DNA of 64,000 bases. It comes from Pseudomonadota bacterium. Its GTDB lineage: Bacteria > Pseudomonadota > Alphaproteobacteria > Geminicoccales > Geminicoccaceae. Location: assembly GCA_039818825.1 (NCBI GenBank), contig JBCBTD010000012.1:8863-72862 (forward strand). Reading direction: 5' to 3'. Shown here piece after piece: positions 61,015-64,000 of this stretch; the stretch's first letter is position 1, and each line of letters starts with the position of its first letter. Made by a program: the position numbers and the translations under genes. Under the pieces are notes generated by a model. That model saw only the letters and a list, made by a program, of their open reading frames with translations. It did not search any database and was not told the DNA's origin.

Positions 61015-62412
61015 TCAGTGTCCGGTGCAAATCCGCTGGACGAGTTGCCGCACGGTCGGGACGAAGCCGTTGGCGTAGAATGGGTCCTGACGAAACTTGA
61101 AAACGTTGTGCCCGGCAAACATCAGATTGCGGTCGAGATCGCCGCCATGGCTGATTTCCTGCAGCGTCTTTTGGATGCAGAACGACCGCGGATCCGGCAG
61201 CCGGCTGGTGGTGTTCGTCTCGTTGGTCGCCCAGTTGGAGAAGCGACACTGCGAGAGGCAGCCCATGCAGTCGGCCTGATCGCGCTTGATCTGCCGCGCG
61301 TCGGCCGGTGTGACGAACACCAGGGTGTCGTCAGGCGTCCGCATCATCGTGGTGTAGCCCAGCTCGGCCCAGTCCGCCGCACGGGCGGCGTCATCCGACG
61401 TCACGAACACTTGGGTGCCGCGCGCGTTCAGGACGAGCGGTGTCTCGAAACCCGGTTCCGATTCTGACTTGAACGCCACCTGGCGTTCGCTGCGCTCGAC
61501 CAAGTCTTGGATGAACGCATTGTGCACCGCTGAGGAGTAGAACCCAGTCGGGCTGAAACGCTGAAGCAGCACGTCGCCGGGCTGCAGCTCGACCAGACGG
61601 GACTTCCACGTCTCGGGAATCGGACTCTCTTGGGTGAGGAGTGGTCGCGTCCCGAACTGGAAGGCCATCGGACCGAGTTCCTCGTTGTCGATCCAATCGA
61701 CCCAGTCGCGCAGCCACCAGACGCCGCCGGCCATGACGATCGGTGTCCGGTCCAACCCGACGCTGCGCATCATCTTCCTGAGTTCCAGCACGCGCGGGTA
61801 GGGGTCCTCGGGTTGGCCTGGGTCTTCGGTGTTCGACAAGCCGTTGTGACCGCCGGCACGCCAAGGGTCCTCGTAAACGACGGATCCGAGCCAGTCGGAC
61901 ATGCGGTGGTAGGCGCGCTTCCAAAGGGCGCGGAAGGCGCGCGCCGAGGACACGATCGGGTGGTAATGGACCCCGTACTGCCCGGCGATCTCCGCCAGAC
62001 GGTACGGCATGCCAGCACCGCAAGTGATCCCGTGGATCAGCCCCTTCGCCTGTTCCAAAACGCCGTGCAGCACACGTTCGCAGCCCGCCATTTCCCAGAG
62101 CACGTTCATGTGCACCCGGCCCTGGCCGCCGCTGACGTCGTGGGCGATCCGCGCTTGGCTGAGGCCGCCCTGGATCGAGTGCGCCATGAGCTCTTCGTGG
62201 CGTTCGAGCCGCGTTCGGCCACGGTACTGCAGCGGAATCAAGCGGCCGAGCTCGTCGACGAAATCGGCATTGACCCCGGAGAACGTTCCGACACCGCCGG
62301 CCGCAGCCCAGGCGCCGGCGCTCGTTCCATTGCTGACGGCCACACCTTTTCCGCCCTCGATCAAGGGCAGGACGTCGGCGCCGGAGATGCGTAGAGCCTG
62401 CAAGACGTTCAT
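61015..62412 (-). CDS. Nitronate monooxygenase / 2-nitropropane dioxygenase-like FMN oxidoreductase (long form).
   Basis: An NMO-like TIM barrel, with an N-terminal glycine-rich FMN region (IEGGKGVAVSNG) and ITCGAGMP. The start is the ATG at 62412. Confidence 0.75.
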   Translation of the reverse strand: MNVLQALRISGADVLPLIEGGKGVAVSNGTSAGAWAAAGGVGTFSGVNADFVDELGRLIPLQYRGRTRLERHEELMAHSIQGGLSQARIAHDVSGGQGRVHMNVLWEMAGCERVLHGVLEQAKGLIHGITCGAGMPYRLAEIAGQYGVHYHPIVSSARAFRALWKRAYHRMSDWLGSVVYEDPWRAGGHNGLSNTEDPGQPEDPYPRVLELRKMMRSVGLDRTPIVMAGGVWWLRDWVDWIDNEELGPMAFQFGTRPLLTQESPIPETWKSRLVELQPGDVLLQRFSPTGFYSSAVHNAFIQDLVERSERQVAFKSESEPGFETPLVLNARGTQVFVTSDDAARAADWAELGYTTMMRTPDDTLVFVTPADARQIKRDQADCMGCLSQCRFSNWATNETNTTSRLPDPRSFCIQKTLQEISHGGDLDRNLMFAGHNVFKFRQDPFYANGFVPTVRQLVQRICTGH

Positions 62413-62467
62413 GGCGGCACTCCTCACGCTCGCGCCGGCCCCAGCGGGGCGCCGGCGCGAGCTCTGC

Positions 62468-64000
62468 TCAGCTGGCGCGGCGTCGACGGCGACCACCATC
62501 GCCCTGTCGGTCTTCGCCGCCATCGCCATTGCTCGGCGCCGGCCCCCGTTTCGGGGTGACCTCCAGTTCCTCGCCAGTGGTCTGATCGACGGCGCGCATG
62601 CTCAGCTTGACCTTGCCGCGGTCGTCGATAGCCAGGATCTTGACCTTCACCATGTCGCCTTCGTTGATGACGTCGGTGACCTTACCGACCCGCTCGTTCG
62701 CGAGTTCGGAGATGTGGCAAAGCCCGTCCTGGCTGCCGAGGAAGTTGACGAACGCGCCGAAGTCGACCACGCGGACGACCTTGCCCTCGTAGATCTTCCC
62801 CACTTCCGGCGTTGCCGTCAGCCCCTCGATCCAGCGCACCGCCTTCTTCGCGGCCTCACCGTCGGTGGCGGCGACCTTGACGGTGCCGTCATCGGCAATG
62901 TCGACCTTGGCGCCGGTGGTTTCGGTGATCTCGCGGATCATCTTACCGCCCGGGCCGATCACCGCGCCGATTTTCTCGGTCGGGATCTTCAAGGTCGTCA
63001 CGCGCGGTACGGTCTCCCGCATCTCAGGCCGGGCATCGCCAAGCGCGCGGCCCATCTCGTTCAGGATGTGCAGCCGCCCGTCGCGCGCCTGGTCGAGGGC
63101 GATCTGCATGATCTCCTCTGTAATCCCGGCGATTTTGATGTCCATCTGAAGCGACGTGACGCCTTCGGTGGTGCCCGCCACTTTGAAATCCATGTCGCCC
63201 AGATGGTCCTCGTCGCCGATGATGTCGGAGAGGACGGCGAACCGTTCGCCCTCCAGGATCAGACCCATGGCGATGCCGGCGACGGGCCGTTGCAGCGGCA
63301 CCCCGGCGTCCATCAGTGCCAAGGATGCGCCACAGACCGTGGCCATCGACGACGACCCGTTGGATTCGGTCACCTCCGACACCACCCGCAGCGTGTAGGG
63401 GAAGGCATCCTTGGGCGGCAGCACCGGGCGTGTCGCTCGCCAAGCGAGCTTGCCGTGGCCGACCTCGCGCCGTCCGGGCGAACCGACCCGACCGGTTTCG
63501 CCTACCGAGTAGGGCGGGAAATTGTAGTGGAGCATGAACCGCTCGCTGTAGTCGCCCTCGAGCGCGTCGATCCGCTGCTCGTCCTGGCCAGTGCCCAAAG
63601 TGGCAACCACGAGCGCCTGGGTCTCGCCGCGGGTGAACACGGCGCTGCCGTGGACGCGCGGCAGCAACCCGACCTCGGCAAGAATCGGCCGAACGGTCTT
63701 GGTGTCGCGACCGTCGATCCGCTCGCCGGTGTCGAGGATGGCGCCGCGAACGATCTCCTGCTCGAGCTTCTTCAGCACGGAATCGACGGCGCGTGCTTGC
63801 GCGTCGTCGGTGGCGTGCCGCTCCCGAGCCATCGCCTTGGCGGCTGCTACCTTCTCCTGGCGGGCCTGCTTCTGCGCCTCGCCGTAGGCCGCGCGTAGAT
63901 CGGCCTCGACCAACCCGCGCACTGCTGCTGTCAACTCGCCATGGTCGACTTCGGCCAGCTCGAACATCGGCTTCGCCGCGAGTTCGGCGAGCGCGATGAT
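62468..64000 (-). CDS. pnp: Polyribonucleotide nucleotidyltransferase (PNPase). C-terminal about 510 aa; the N-terminus lies beyond the window end.
   Basis: The second RNase PH domain, the KH domain ([15 protein letters not shown]) and the S1 domain ([15 protein letters not shown]) are present, with a basic C-terminal tail. The frame is open to position 64000. Confidence 0.9.
   Translation of the reverse strand: MIALAELAAKPMFELAEVDHGELTAAVRGLVEADLRAAYGEAQKQARQEKVAAAKAMARERHATDDAQARAVDSVLKKLEQEIVRGAILDTGERIDGRDTKTVRPILAEVGLLPRVHGSAVFTRGETQALVVATLGTGQDEQRIDALEGDYSERFMLHYNFPPYSVGETGRVGSPGRREVGHGKLAWRATRPVLPPKDAFPYTLRVVSEVTESNGSSSMATVCGASLALMDAGVPLQRPVAGIAMGLILEGERFAVLSDIIGDEDHLGDMDFKVAGTTEGVTSLQMDIKIAGITEEIMQIALDQARDGRLHILNEMGRALGDARPEMRETVPRVTTLKIPTEKIGAVIGPGGKMIREITETTGAKVDIADDGTVKVAATDGEAAKKAVRWIEGLTATPEVGKIYEGKVVRVVDFGAFVNFLGSQDGLCHISELANERVGKVTDVINEGDMVKVKILAIDDRGKVKLSMRAVDQTTGEELEVTPKRGPAPSNGDGGEDRQGDGGRRRRRAS

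Noticed and set aside
63965-63967. The ATG at 63967 as the pnp start.
   Set aside because: The sequence at that point corresponds to the middle alpha-helical region of PNPase, and the frame stays open to the window end. The gene continues beyond 64000.

Overview
This window is a roughly 70% GC segment that looks like an alphaproteobacterial chromosome. It is densely coding with mostly housekeeping and catabolic genes, and a short lower-GC block (about 19.4-21.8 kb) stands out from the rest. I call about 57 protein-coding genes. Most of the long ORFs in the supplied track are antisense artefacts of the high GC content.

Main gene content, in order:
- a truncated oligopeptidase B gene at the window start;
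- a MASE1-GGDEF diguanylate cyclase, convergent with an OmpR-type two-component pair;
- PhzF-family, DUF1127 and MocR-family genes;
- a nine-gene cluster with two CoA ligases and a Liv-type ABC transporter, followed directly by ccmA and ccmB;
- the low-GC block carrying PepSY, a small coiled-coil protein and a Na/Pi cotransporter, with unusually long non-coding DNA on both sides;
- gamma-glutamyltransferase, an LDH2-family oxidoreductase, an OmpA-like protein, an orphan TRAP binding protein, pdxA;
- a four-gene minus-strand operon: XpaC-like, TelA, an SPFH/DUF4339 protein, and a zinc-ribbon membrane protein;
- a class III aminotransferase, a nitroreductase, and a CheB-CheR-PAS-histidine kinase fusion with in-frame 21-bp tandem repeats;
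- an aromatic-catabolism cluster (FAD monooxygenase, MBL hydrolase, FAH hydrolase, hmgA), then pgm;
- D-carbamoylase with diaminopropionate ammonia-lyase, and glcD/glcE-like oxidases without glcF;
- a PadR regulator with an RND efflux pair, a 2-hydroxyacid dehydrogenase, SH3b and EEP proteins, a Fur/Irr-like regulator, a nitronate monooxygenase, and the 3' part of pnp.

I found no rRNA, tRNA, CRISPR array or recognisable mobile element. The most interesting candidate for an undescribed system is the TelA/XpaC/SPFH/zinc-ribbon operon (30788-35109), which I read as a possible envelope-stress or defence module. Next are the lower-GC PepSY/Na-Pi block with its structured flanking non-coding DNA, and a DsbD_2-like gene remnant at 26237-26492.
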